Of a stretch of 64,000 nucleotides of DNA, positions 28,410-42,130 are shown one piece after another. The notes under the pieces were generated by a model that saw nothing but the letters and a program-made list of their open reading frames with translations, was not told where the DNA came from and ran no database searches. How positions within the stretch are numbered: position 1 is the first letter of the stretch; the number at the start of each line of letters is the position of its first letter. This DNA is from the human T2T-CHM13v2.0 reference genome, Homo sapiens: NCBI RefSeq assembly GCF_009914755.1, contig NC_060931.1; one strand, 5' to 3'. The position numbers and the translations under genes were made by a program.

Positions 28410-29400
28410 CGCTCACAACCCGGTTTCCTGTCCCGCGTGGTTCATGGGGCTTGCCCTGGGCCTGGGAGGCCGGTGGCGGGAGCCTCCCCTACAGTGAGGT
28501 GGGTGGGGGGCGCCACACGGCGTCTCAGGGAGAGGGGAGAGGCGGCTTCTGTTCCGGGAAGAGGGAACGGTGGAGGCCGCCGTTCTCTTGGGCGCGGCCT
28601 CTGCTGGGGGACGGCGGGGATCGCAGGGCCGAGGGGCCGGGCGCGCGCGGGGGAGGGACCCAGGCCAGGGGCCGCTCGCCTCGGGGCGGGGTCTCTGGAG
28701 AGCGCGCAGAGGGGACGCTTCGTGAATGCCTGCCGGCCTGAAGGATGTCGCTGATCTCTGCCCCCTTCGCCAAGGCCGGGCCAGGCGAGTAGGGGCGCGG
28801 CCTGAGCCCCTGCGGTGATTCCCCAGGTGTGGAATCAAAACAGATCCCAGAGCGCGATCCGCGGGGCTTTTGGAAGGAGCCGCCCAGGGCTGGAGATTCC
28901 GACGCAAAGACCCGGAGGCCCGCGGAGCTGTGGGCGCAGCTGGAGATGGCGGAGGCCCCAGCAGGGAGTGGGGGCTCGGGGTCCGCAGAGGCAGCTCCAT
29001 CCCCGGCGCTGGGGGCCGCATGGTTCCCGCAGGCTGTGGCCAATCGAGGACCGGGCTCCGCATTCTTCAGACGTTCCTGAGCCCCCTCTTGCCCCAACGT
29101 CCCCCTCCCGGGCAGCCCCACAGTGGGCGATTTTCCCGCACTCCGCACGAGTCCATCCCCATGGTGGACTAGGGGCCGGGTCTAGGCTCTGCGCTACCCG
29201 GCCAGAGCGTCCAGCGGCCCCACTGGGCGGCGGCGCCACGCGGACGTGGGTGGGAACAGCCCCCGGACCCGCCGGGAGACCCTCGCGGGGAAGAGAAGCC
29301 GAGCAGCTTGGGGGCGCCCCGGCAGGGAGGGACGTGCGGCTGGGAAGAGCTGGCAGGTGGCACCCGACCCGCAGCCTGGTGAGCAAGGTGCCAACTGTCC
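28410..29400. promoter_or_regulatory. CpG island, probable promoter (shoulder extends left to ~27860); gene not identified
   Basis: Very high GC and dense unmutated CpGs; GC box cggggcgggg (~28682-28691), CCAAT ggccaatcg (~29038-29046), YY1-like gagatggcgg (~28943), G-runs; repeat-free. Confidence 0.85.
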
Positions 29401-29529
29401 GCCCAATTTCCTGTCCTTGCAGTAAAACTGTAAAGGGAGACATTTAGCTCGGCAGGAAACTCAGAGCTAAATTTTGCAATTTAATTTTGCAATTTAATTT
29501 TAATTAAAAACAAAATTATCTTTTTTTAA

Positions 29530-29650
29530 TATGTGTATATATATAGAGACAGCAAGCGAACTGATTTGGGAACTTTATATATATACATATATACGTATAT
29601 GTATATACATATGTGTGTGTGTGTACATATATGTATGTATATACGTATAG
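29530..29650. repeat. (TA/TG)n microsatellite framed by duplicated ctgatttgggaac
   Basis: ctgatttgggaac at 29561-29573 and 29651-29663. Confidence 0.8.
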
Positions 29651-29724
29651 CTGATTTGGGAACAAATAGCTGCTCACTGTGTGGAATTTCTGAACATTCA
29701 CAAAAGTTATTTAAAGAAAGTAAA

Positions 29725-30053
29725 GGCCGGGCACGGCGGCTCACACCTGTAATCCCAGCACTTTGGGAGGCCGAGGCTGGCGGATCACTTGAGGTCAGGA
29801 GTTCCAGACCAGCCTGGTCAACGTGGTGAAACACCTTCTCTACCAAACAAACAAACAAACAAACAAACAGAAAACAAAAATTAGCTAGGTGTGATGGTGC
29901 ACACCTGTAATCCCAGGCTGAGGGAGGCTGAGGTAGGAGAATCCCTTGAACCTGGGAGGTGGAGGTTGCAGTGAGCCGAGTGGGATCACACCACTGCACT
30001 CCAGCCTGGGTGACAGAGTGAGACCCTGTCTCAAATAATAATAATTAAAAAAA
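29725..30053 (+). mobile_element. AluS (Sz-like) with (CAAA)n linker
   Basis: Dimeric Alu; TSD-like aaagtaaa. Confidence 0.9.
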
Positions 30054-30304
30054 GTAAAAAGTTCTGACATACCACTATACAGATGGCCAGCCACGTAAAT
30101 ACTTCCATGTATGGGCTTGACTTTTTTTCTAGTAATATTCAATGCATACATGGCTTATATGGTATATGATGGTTTGTAAATTGCTTTTTCATATACTACT
30201 AATGTATTTTATGTCAGTTAGACATCTACCTCATTTTAATTTTTAAATTTATTTTTATTTTTCGTTGATATTTAAAGAACTTTTATTTTTAAACCTTTTG
30301 TAAG

Positions 30305-30902
<598 letters not shown>

Positions 30903-31163
30903 CCTTTTATAAAGTCGCTAGTGTCTTGCTAATTCATCTTGATAAATCTGAATTCCTATAGGTGCTTCTCTCCCCACCACCCCCAGCTTTATTGAGTAGT
31001 GGGTACACAAAAAACATGCATATAATTAATGTAGATGACGTGGTGAGTTTGAGTTTGGACATATGTATATACTGGTGACTCCTGTCATTGTCACCACAAT
31101 TTAAATCGAATTACTAAGTCTAAGTTTTCTGGTGAAGTGATTTTTTTCTTTCTTCTTCATTGA

Positions 31164-31512
<349 letters not shown>

Positions 31513-32344
31513 TAAAAGGCACCACAAAGTTTTTTTTTTTTTTTTTTTTATAAGTCCTGTTACTTATGTGAACATTCTGATCTAGCCAAATCATTGTATC
31601 TTGCCTAAATATGGCTTTTAATCTTTTTGTCTGTGTCCTTACCTGGGGTGCTTTCTTCATTCTTTTCTGCTATTAAAGCTCTCCCATTTTCTTCAAATTC
31701 TTCCATCCTATGTGAAGGTTTCCCCTTTTATAGTGGGCCTGAGTGACTGGTGCTGCCTCTGAAACTGAAAGCACTTACTCTCCCACCTCCACTTTTGATT
31801 CACACACATATATAGCTTTGTGATAGCCTTGTTTTCTTGAATTAGTTACAGGCCTCGATAATGTTTTCAACTTTTTCCAAGTGTGGGCATGTCTGAGCTA
31901 ACCTATCTTTTGTAAGGAGGGTGATTATAGGTAGAAGTATATGTAAATACAGCTGAGACTCATTACTCAGGCGAATGGGGGCAAGGCCAGAAGGAATCTG
32001 TGCCAAGTCTGAGTGATAGTATTCATTCAAACCGTTGTCACCTTCGTGTTTACACAAAACACTAGTGAGATTAGCAATGTGTTGTGTATTCATCGTGCAA
32101 ACTCCAAGGTTCTGTTTTAATGAATGAATGGATTCACAAGGGTTTATATTTGATTTTGGTTTATTGTATGTTAACAATTCCTCTGTATTAAAAAATTGTT
32201 CTATTAAATTCAGTAAACTGCAATCTGTTCACACTGTTAGCAAACCTATTTCTGTTTTCTCCTTTACATATTTGTGGAGTTTGTGTGTTCGTTACATGCA
32301 TAGAATGTGTAATGATCAAGTTAAATATTTGGGGTACCCATCAC

Positions 32345-33122
32345 TGTATTAGTCCATTCTCACACTGCTATAAGGAAATACTTGAGACTGAATAATTTAT
32401 AAAGAAGAAAGGTATAATTGACTCACAGTTTTGCAGGCTATACCAGATGCACGATGCTGGCATCTGCTGGGCTTTGGGGAGACCTCAGGAAAGTTATGGT
32501 CGTGGTGGAAGGCGAACGGGGAGCAGCACTACAAATAGAGAAGGAGAGAGAGAAGAGGGAGGTGCTACACACGTAAACAACCAGATCTCATGACAATTTA
32601 CTCAGTGTCACAAGAACAGCACCAAGAGAATGGTGCTAAGCCATCCATGAGAAATCCACCCCCATGATTCAGTCACTTCCTGATATGGTTTGATTGTGTT
32701 CCCACCCAAATCTAATCTTGAATTGTAACTCCCACAATTCCCATGTGTCGTGAGAGGAACCCAGTGGGAGGTAATTGAATCATGGGGGCAGGTCTTTCCC
32801 ATGTTGTTCTCGTGATAGTGAATATGTCTCATGAGATCTGATGGTTTTAAAAATGGGAGTTTTCCTGCTCAAGTTCTTTTTGCCTGCCACCATGCATGTA
32901 AGACATGACTTGCTCCTCCTTGCCTTCCGCCATGATTGTGAGGCATCCCCAGCCATGTGGAACTGTAAGTCCACTAAACCTCTTTTTCTTCCCAGTCTCG
33001 GGTATGTTTTTATCAGCAGCATGAAAATGGACCAATACACCTTCCACCAGGCCTTACCTCCAACATTGGAGATTATATTTCAACATGAGATTTGGGTGGG
33101 GACATGGATCCTAACCATATCA
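32345..33122 (-). mobile_element. MaLR LTR, MSTA/B-like, containing a nested THE1
   Basis: tgtattagtccattctcacactgctataagg ... ctaaccatatca; perfect TSD atcac (32340-32344 / 33123-33127). Confidence 0.9.
32681..33039 (+). mobile_element. THE1B-like LTR nested in MST
   Basis: tgatatggtttgattgtgttcccaccc ... atgaaaatggaccaataca; degenerate TSD cttcc/ccttc. Confidence 0.9.
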
Positions 33123-33835
33123 ATCACCTTGAGTGTTCATCATTTTAATGTGTTGGTAACATTTTAAGTCCTCTCTTCTAGTTACTTTGAAATATACATA
33201 TAATATTGTTTCTGAGTACAGTCACCCTAGTCTGCTATCAAACATTAGAACTTAACTTCTTCTATCTGTCCATTTATACCCATGACTATCCTTTCTTCCT
33301 CCTCCATCACCTCTCACAACCTTCCCAGTCTCTGGTATCCATCATTCTATGTTACATGTCCATAAGGTCAAGTTCCTTTTAGCTCCCATGAGTGAGAACA
33401 TGTGATATTTGTCTTTCTGTGCTTGGCTTATTTAAGATAACGGCCTTCAGTTCCATCCACGTTGCTGCAAATGACATGATGTCATTCTTCCTTATGGCCA
33501 AGCAGGATTCCATTGCGTATAAGTACCGCATTTTCTTTATCCATTCATCTGTGGATGGACACGTAGGTGGCTTCCACATCTTTGCTGTTGGGACTAGTGC
33601 TATGATAAACATGTCAGTATGGGTATCCCTGCCATCTACTGATTTCTTTTCCTTTGGATTAATACCCAGTGGTGGGATTGTTGGACTGTATGATAGTTCT
33701 AATTTTAGCAAACATTTCTTTTATATTTACTTATATAATACTTACAACTCACAGGAAATTCAGAGCTAAGTTTTATATTTAATCTAAAAATTGATTTTGG
33801 GATTTTTTTTTTTTTTTTTTTTTAGCATCCAGACA

Positions 33836-34292
33836 TGTATTAGTCTGTTCTTGCACTGTCATAAAGAAATACCTGAGACTGGGTAAGTTATACACTTGAT
33901 CTTAGCCAAAAGGCCGAGAAGCGATCTGGGTAAGTTATAAATAAAAGAGTTTTAATTGGCTCACGGTTCTGCAGGCTGTACAGGAAGCATAGTGGCTTCT
34001 GCTTCTGGGGAGGCCACAGGAAACTTACAGTCATGGCAGAAGGTGAAGGGGAAGTAGGCACATCTTATGTGGGGGGGGGGCGGTGGGGGGAGGTGTGATA
34101 CCCTTTTAAACAACCAGATCTCGTTAACGAGTACCCACTCACCATCACAAGAACAGCACCAAGGGGATGGTCCTAAATAATTCATGAAGGACCACCCCCA
34201 TGATCCAGTCACCTTTCACCAGGTCCCAACTCCAACACTGGGGATACAATTTGACATGAGATTTAGTGGGGACACAAAACCAAATCATACCA
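33836..34292 (-). mobile_element. MaLR LTR, MSTA-like, with U2 retrocopy inserted
   Basis: tgtattagtctgttcttgcactgtcataaagaaatacc ... caaatcatacca; TSD agaca/agacc. Confidence 0.88.
33891..33925 (-). pseudogene. RNU2: 3'-truncated U2 snRNA retropseudogene (U2 nt 1-35)
   Basis: Reverse complement reads ATCGCTTCTCGGCCTTTTGGCTAAGATCAAGTGTA, the U2 5' end as I recall it; flanked by TSD ctgggtaagttata (33879-33892 / 33926-33939). Confidence 0.95.
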
Positions 34293-34794
34293 AGACCTTA
34301 ACCTCAATGGATGCCCATTCCGAATAAGTAGTGTCTGAGAAATGAGAGCTTAATTCTCAAACCCTGGTCCTAGGAAAAAGAGCCCAGCATGGGAATTCAG
34401 AACATTTGGCTTCTAGGAGTTGTGTCCTGCCATCATGATCTGGGTGGCTTCCCCATTTCTACACTGAGAAAGTCTGATGATCACCAAGCTGTCTTGCAGG
34501 TCTATGAGTTTATGTGGAAATAGGTCATAAGGATCCTTCCAGGAAGCAGGAACTCCAACAGCCTGGAGCCTCCTGGATTGCACGAGGTCAGTGTGAGGCT
34601 GACCTCAGGGCTTGTTATGCCCAAGTACATATCTTCATTTCGGGTTTTGTAACAGTGACCCAGCACATAAAAACAACATTAGTGGTTAGTGGTCTTCGTG
34701 AAGTACCTTTATCTTGTTCTCCCTGGTCTATTCTAGTGTGCTGGAGGCAAAACAAAAGCTGCTGAAGCCAGTGTGTAGTTTAAAGACAATAATG

Positions 34795-35032
34795 AGTTCC
34801 TGCTGGTAACACTTTATGCACACACAGCCCAGGTGACTCCCATAGAAGCAGGACAGAGAGAACCATTATCTGACAAAGTAGCACACCCACCAAATGATTT
34901 TCCTACGGCCTTCTGCACAGCAGGGCCTGCGGTTGCCTCCCCTCCTCCCAAAGGTGCTTCTGTGGTTGAAATGAAATAGAAGCAATTAAACAATAAATAC
35001 GAATTACTGGCTCTTCGGGAGCTCCAGGGGTA
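34795..35032 (+). repeat. Left arm of ~236-bp inverted duplication
   Basis: Reverse complement matches 36226-36459 with ~12 substitutions and 2 small indels by hand alignment. Confidence 0.95.
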
Positions 35033-35898
35033 TTGATTCAAGTCCTACAAGAATAAACTGTCATCCTCGTTGACTTATCCGGGATTATATTTCACCACTA
35101 ATTGAAGTTCACCCAGGGAGTGTTCCCTTGAATGTAAAGAGCTCTTGGGCTCTGGCTGCTTTAAGAAACAGTTGCTTTACTGAAAGAGAAGGAGGACCTT
35201 TTGCAACCGAAGCTATCTGGTGCTACAGGCCCCGTGCACATTGCATTGTGTGAGCAATGTTGTCAAAAGTGAACATTGCTGCCTTATTTAGAGGTCCAAA
35301 AACCATTTGATCTAATAAAATGGACACAGTGTCCTTAGAGCAAAGGGAATTTTCTTGGTTCACAATTGCTTGAGGTTGACTTCATGGTTGATAGAAAGCC
35401 AACTGCTAGATATTTTTTCATTAATGGTGTTACAATCATATCTAAATGGAAACATACAATAAAGTCAGCTATAATTTGTGCTGATCATAGACTGTCTCAT
35501 TATTTGGAGGACAGATTGCTTCACAGAGCTGGGCTGAGATAGCATTGCCCTCAGTTTTGTGATATTGGAGATCTTGCCTTGATGAATTTTAAGACCATTT
35601 GGTTTAAATGCAAATGTTAAAATAAATAATTGCTTTGCTGTGAGCCAAAGTTGAGCAGGCTAAGAATATCTTACTATGAAGCACATGGATAAGATGAATG
35701 TTTTAAAGGAAAAGCTTGATGTGTTATCAATTATATTATGTAGAAGAATTAATAGAAAAAAAGCTTGTAATAATTTCCTCTTCTCCAATCACACAGTAAG
35801 AGGCCATTGTTAGTCTGACTTGGAAAGCATCCTGATCTCTTTTATGGACAGTGTTAACAGTGTTTTCACACTTAATACAGTTTCTGAGGCAAAATATT

Positions 35899-35925
<27 letters not shown>
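35899..35925. repeat. (TG)n microsatellite, ~13 units
   Basis: Direct reading. Confidence 0.9.
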
Positions 35926-35929
<4 letters not shown>

Positions 35930-36225
35930 TGTGTCTTTCTACCCTACACTATGCCATCTTCTAGGCAAATTTCATTTCTATTTCCCTACCACATCTCCTA
36001 CCTACAGGCTACGTGTTCACACAGATGAGGCAGTGAGGCTCTTGGAGCCTGCCCCACCAAGGTCCTCCCTCTGGAGGGTGGAAATGTACCAAACCACCAT
36101 GGTGCACTAGCAGGACTCAGCAGTGGGCAAGTACACCTCTTCTCCAGCCTGTGCCCTGTTGAGCTTCGTTGCACCATCTCCTGGTGCTCCCCTCATCTGG
36201 CCAGGGTCCTATTTGCTTTGCTGTG

Positions 36226-36459
36226 TACCCCTGGAGCTCCCGAAGAGCCAGTAATTTGTATTTGTTTAATTGCTTCTATTTCATTTCAACCACAGAAGTG
36301 CCTTTGGGAGGAGAGGAGGCAACCGCAGTCCCTGCTGTGCAGAAGGCAGTAAGAAAATCGTTTGGTGGGTGTGTTACTTTTTAGATAATGGTTCTCTTTG
36401 TCCTGCTTCTATGGGAGTCACTTGGGCTGTGTGTGCATAAAGTGTTACCAGCAGGAACT
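36226..36459 (-). repeat. Right arm of ~236-bp inverted duplication
   Basis: See left arm; abuts the MER4 LTR directly. Confidence 0.95.
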
Positions 36460-37087
36460 AATAAAATCCTAAGAACCCCCAACCATCTGAATGGGCTCTC
36501 CTTCTTGGTCAAGGGGATTCCAAAGTTAACCTGAAAAACTAATTCAGGCCATGATGTGAAGGAAGAGTCAGGCCTGCTTCATTAATACCCTCCCGCCTTT
36601 TGAAATCGAGGCCCAGCTGACCAGCATTAACATCAACACAGACCTTAAGACTGATGGACTCTTTAAGTCTGATAAGAAACATTTACCGTCTATTCTCTCT
36701 GAAGCCTGCTACCTGGAGGCTTCATCTGCATGATAAAACCTTGGTCTCCACAACCCCTTGTCATAACCCACACATTCCTTTCTATTGATTCTAGGCCTTT
36801 AGATAATAACTCTTTCAACCAGTTGTCAGAAAATCTTTGATTCTGCCTGTGACCTGGAAGCCCAGCTTCTGGTTGTCCCACCTTTTGAGACCAAACCGAT
36901 GTGCATCTTTCGTGTATTGATTGTTGTGTCTTGTCACCCTAAAACATAGAAAACCAAGCTGTGCCCCAACCATCTTGGGCACATGTTCTCACAATCTCCT
37001 GCGGGCTGTTTCGTGGGCCATTGGTCACCCATATTTGGCTCAGAATAAATCTCTTCAAGTGTTTGACAGACTTTCTCTTCATCGACA
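36460..37087 (+). mobile_element. ERV1 solo LTR, MER4A-like, missing its first ~10 bp
   Basis: aataaaatcctaagaacccccaaccatctgaatgg...attccaaagttaacctgaaaaacta; 3' end ctcttcatcgaca; no TG 5' terminus or left TSD visible. Confidence 0.85.
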
Positions 37088-37329
37088 CATCTATGCCTTT
37101 CCATGTAAAGGGTTGCAAGATTTACCATCTGCTGTATCAGGCACCTTGGGCCACCACCTCCCATCCCCAGGCCCGGCCTCTGAGTCCATCCCTGGTGGTG
37201 GAAAACGGCTGTGGCAAACAGGTTTTCCTGCTTTGTTCTGACAATGCCTCACCTGAAGTGTCAACTGTGGCCCTGGCTTCCTGCCCAGGGACCTTCCCCC
37301 GACATTGTGGTGCTGCCGAAAGCACTCAT

Positions 37330-37622
37330 ATCTGTGCAACTGGCCTAGGGGAGCTCACTCCCCAGGGCCATGGTAAGTGGAGTTTATGGATAAGTACTTC
37401 TGCCTTTCACTTCTCAGGTGGGCAACTTTGTAGCACGTTCTGAGCTGCTCCTCGGAAGCCTCCAGCAGGATGGAGCATGAGGCAGAGCTCGGGTCAATTC
37501 TCAGCAGTCCTAGTATTGGTCTTTCTTCTTGATTCTCCACTCCTGCACCCCCAAGGTCACATCCCAAATAAACTGTGTGTAAGTTTTGTCTTGAGCTCCA
37601 CTTTTGGAGGAATGAAGGCAAA
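37330..37622 (+). mobile_element. Old ERVL LTR relic (LTR16/LTR33-group-like)
   Basis: ctgtgcaac...; 3' cccaaataaactgtgtgtaag...gagctccacttttggagg resembles LTR16-type end. Confidence 0.4.
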
Positions 37623-37777
37623 GAAACTTGAAAAACTTGAGACTGGGAATATTAATTTTTGAAAAAAAAAGATCACATTGGCCAATTTGCTTTTGGCCAA
37701 ATTGGTTTCAGACAATTGTTTCCTGGCCAAAATAAGCGTTTCTAAATGTCTACCTCTTCTTTCTTTCTGACCACAAA

Positions 37778-38002
37778 CATGCATGCATATTCCTGTCTCC
37801 ACGTGTGCGCACACACACCCCCCCAAGCACCTCTACATGTGTGCACATACCTCCCATATGCACACATGCACACACCTTTGCATACATATGGCATGCACAC
37901 ACATACTCAGGACAACCCCCCACATTGACACACTCGTACACATGCACCCATGCATGATAACATGCACACACCCATCCCCGGGGACACACATGCGCACACA
38001 CA
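37778..38002. repeat. Degenerate (CA)n/(CATG)-rich tract
   Basis: Direct reading. Confidence 0.8.
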
Positions 38003-39094
38003 CCCCTTGGGTTGCCCCCGCCTTGACCCTCTCCCCAGGCATGCTGTGCAACTGGCCTAGAGGAGCTCGTGCCCCGGGACCATGGTAAGTGGAGACTGTT
38101 CCCTGAGCATTTTGGTCCCTCTGACTTGGTCTCAGGGCTCTCTGAAGCTGCCCTCTGAGAGCTCTGGTGAGGTGTCCTGGTGCCCTGATGACACAGCTTC
38201 ATTCCTGCTGCAAGGAGCAAAGCTTGAGCGCCCAGCCACAAAATAGGAAAAGCAAAATCTGGGGCTGGACAAGCACTGGTGAGCTTGGCTCTGTGGAGAG
38301 GCACACCTGACCCCCGGGTTGCTGTGTCCTGAGTTGGGGTGTGCGGGGCTTGTGCAATCTGACACAGGACTTGGATGCTGGCTTTGTCATGACTACTGTC
38401 TACTCATGTGACCTCATCTGTACTTTCTGCTCAATACTTTCATATGCTCTCTTCTTGTCTCTGTCCTTTTACCTGCAGATCACCTGTTACGGGAGGCGGA
38501 AGGGTGGAGAGTGAGCCCATTTTGAAAGAGAGACTGGAACCGATGATGAGTAGATAAGGCCATGGGAGTCTGCTGGATTATGGTGGAACTGGAGGTGGGC
38601 CTTGGAAGATGAGTTAAAGCAAACACGGGAGGAGCATCTTAGGCATTGGCCAGGGGGCGTATGATAAGCAAAGCTACAGATAAATATTCACAGGAAAGTG
38701 ATTCAAAACACATCACAGTTGCTTAAATTGAGAGAAGACTAAAACATATAGCAGCAGAAATTGCAGTGGAGTGTGTCCTAGAAGGAAGGACTCACATCTT
38801 CTTGGGTATATGTCTGAGGCATTATCATAGCAGGTGACTGTCTCACCCCACCCAGCCTAAAACTGTGCCAGACCTCAGAGAAAAAGTCCATGAGAAAAGA
38901 GACCTCAGGAAAAATTATTCGCTCACTTCCAAATCCTTTCACATTAGATCAGCTCTGCTGACAAATACAAGAGAAACAAATAAAGCCCTGCCCTGTGGTA
39001 GTGTCCCTCATGATGGTGCGCATTGGGTATAATGCAACTAGCTGTTGCTCAGGCTGTTCTCCCAAGAGGTGTACTGAGCTTGGGAGAGCGGAGG

Positions 39095-40260
<1,166 letters not shown>

Positions 40261-41525
40261 CTAAGAAGTGGAGAGATGGTGGTGAGTCCCGATGTCCCCA
40301 GCGTTTTTGTGACTCCTTTTCTATAGATCGGGCAGTTAAAATGGGGAGATCCTGGAAGTCTCAGCCAACCACAGGAACAAAAACTGTTCTTATTAATATT
40401 TAATCCCCAAAGGACAATGGCCTTTAGATGACACCAAATTGCAGCTGGGACCAATACCCATTTGGATCTTGCAGCTACACCCCCATCTCCTGGGAGACCT
40501 GGGCAGGCTGCATAGACTCCCCCAGGCATTTCACAGTCTTAGCATTTTATGTCATTGGATTTTCTGGACTCCTTTCTGACTTTAGCCCCTCCCAACATTT
40601 CTCCCTTATGTACTGGGTGAGGAAGCTTTTGGAACTGAGCCCGGTGGGAACCTGGTTCCTGGTACTGACCAGCCAATCACAGGACAGTGCTGTGGGAAAT
40701 TCACTCAAGAACAAGAAGTGTCAGATAATTTTGGCTTTGTTCTGAAACTGAAGTCAAAGATTCAACTGAGCAGAGGTACTTAAATGGCTCTCCATTGAAA
40801 TCATTACATTTTTTCCTGAGTTGCAGTGGTCTTTTGTGGTGTCACATACATAGCTTATTTAAAGTAAATCTTTTCCCCTCTGTGTTTAATAGTCTCTTAG
40901 CATCCTATTAAATACATTCCCCTTTCACTTCAAAAAATATTTTCCACTGGTGCTCAAAATTAGCCTAGGATTTTTTTTTCTTTTGTCCTTCCAGTCTGTC
41001 AACATTACAGGTACCATCAGGCACTCCTACTGAAGTTGATTTGAGAGGCAAAAAGTCCAGGCAAGATGGCACTGATTCCAAGATTTTGATACTTTTCCAT
41101 TTCCTCAGGGTGAGAATGATTACGCTTTGAAAACACAGACATTTGTAGCTGATTATAGTATACGATGGACATGCTGTTTCTTTTCAGCAAACATGACCTT
41201 CCTTCAATGTCTAGTTAGGCGACAGCTCCCACATGATGGCCTGGGGCTTCGATATTTCAGGATATTTCTCACTTTTTGGATCTTCTTTTCTGGTAGAGAC
41301 TTGGAGAGCAAAATGGTGAAATGAGTGGGGGAATGCGAAGATAGGACATTATAGAAAGCAACAAAAGCAGGACTTGTAGCACATTTATTAATTATTAATG
41401 AGGTGTTTTTATTTGAATCTCACAAATCAAAAGGGATACCTGTTGGAATGAAGTCTGGTTAGTTAAGTAGACATAATTCTTGATATAAGGTTCCATCCAA
41501 TGATGTTTGTTTGGTACACACATTT

Positions 41526-41831
41526 TGTTATTTTTATTATTTTTTATTGGAGATGGAGTAGCACTCTTGTCGCCCAGGCTGCAGTGCAGTGGCACTATCT
41601 TGGCTCACTGCAACCGCCGCCTCCTGGGTTCAAGTGATTCTTCTGCCTCAGCCTCCTGAGTAGCTGGAATTATAGGCTTGCACCACCACGCCTGGCTAAT
41701 TTTTGTGTTTTTAGTAGAGACAGGTTTTCACCACTTGGCCAAGCTAGTCTTGAACTCCTGGCGCCAAGTGATCCGCCTGCCTTGACCTCCCAAAGTGCTG
41801 GGATTAGAGGCATAAGCCACCGTGCCTGGCC
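41526..41831 (-). mobile_element. AluS (Sq/Sx-like)
   Basis: Full dimer; TSD ggtacacacattt (41513-41525 / 41832-41844). Confidence 0.92.
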
Positions 41832-42056
41832 GGTACACACATTTAAAAATGTCTAGAACTTTAAAAAATTAGTTCCAACATTTAAATTTCAGGGGCTAGC
41901 ATATACAATTTTGGGTTTCTGGCTTGGAATCAGATGATCTGATCACAGTAGTCCACATTCCCAAATAGGAACAGCCACTGGATCAGGGTGGGGAGATGAA
42001 GGGGAAGTCTCCCAGTGGATGTTTTCGTATCTCAGTTTCACCTGAAGTGCTCATTG

Positions 42057-42130
42057 GTTCATTCATTCATTCATTCATTCACTCCCTCCCTCCCTCCCTC
42101 CTTGCCTCCCTCCCTCCCTCCCTCCCTCCC
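42057..42130. repeat. (TTCA)n + (CCCT)n compound microsatellite, probably an L2 tail
   Basis: Direct reading. Confidence 0.8.

Larger units (their letters stand above)
32250..33706 (-). mobile_element. L1MA 3' fragment, split by MST LTR
   Basis: gttacatgcatagaatgtgtaatgatcaagt...atttggggtacc|atcac; resumes 33123; agctcccatgagtgagaacatg...ttccatccacgttgctgcaaatgac. Confidence 0.85.

Noticed and set aside
28413-29447. Overlapping 200+ aa ORFs on both strands
   Set aside because: Expected from stop-codon depletion in a CpG island; Pro/Arg/Gly/Ala-rich with no recognisable domain.
34795-36459. DNA transposon with long TIRs, or a pre-miRNA
   Set aside because: No TSD outside the arms, no transposase remnant recognised in the spacer, and a 1.2-kb loop is incompatible with a miRNA hairpin.
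38645-38662. CTCF-like ggccagggggcg (also 59335-59349)
   Set aside because: Mismatches at the conserved 5' C positions; not supportable without ChIP data.
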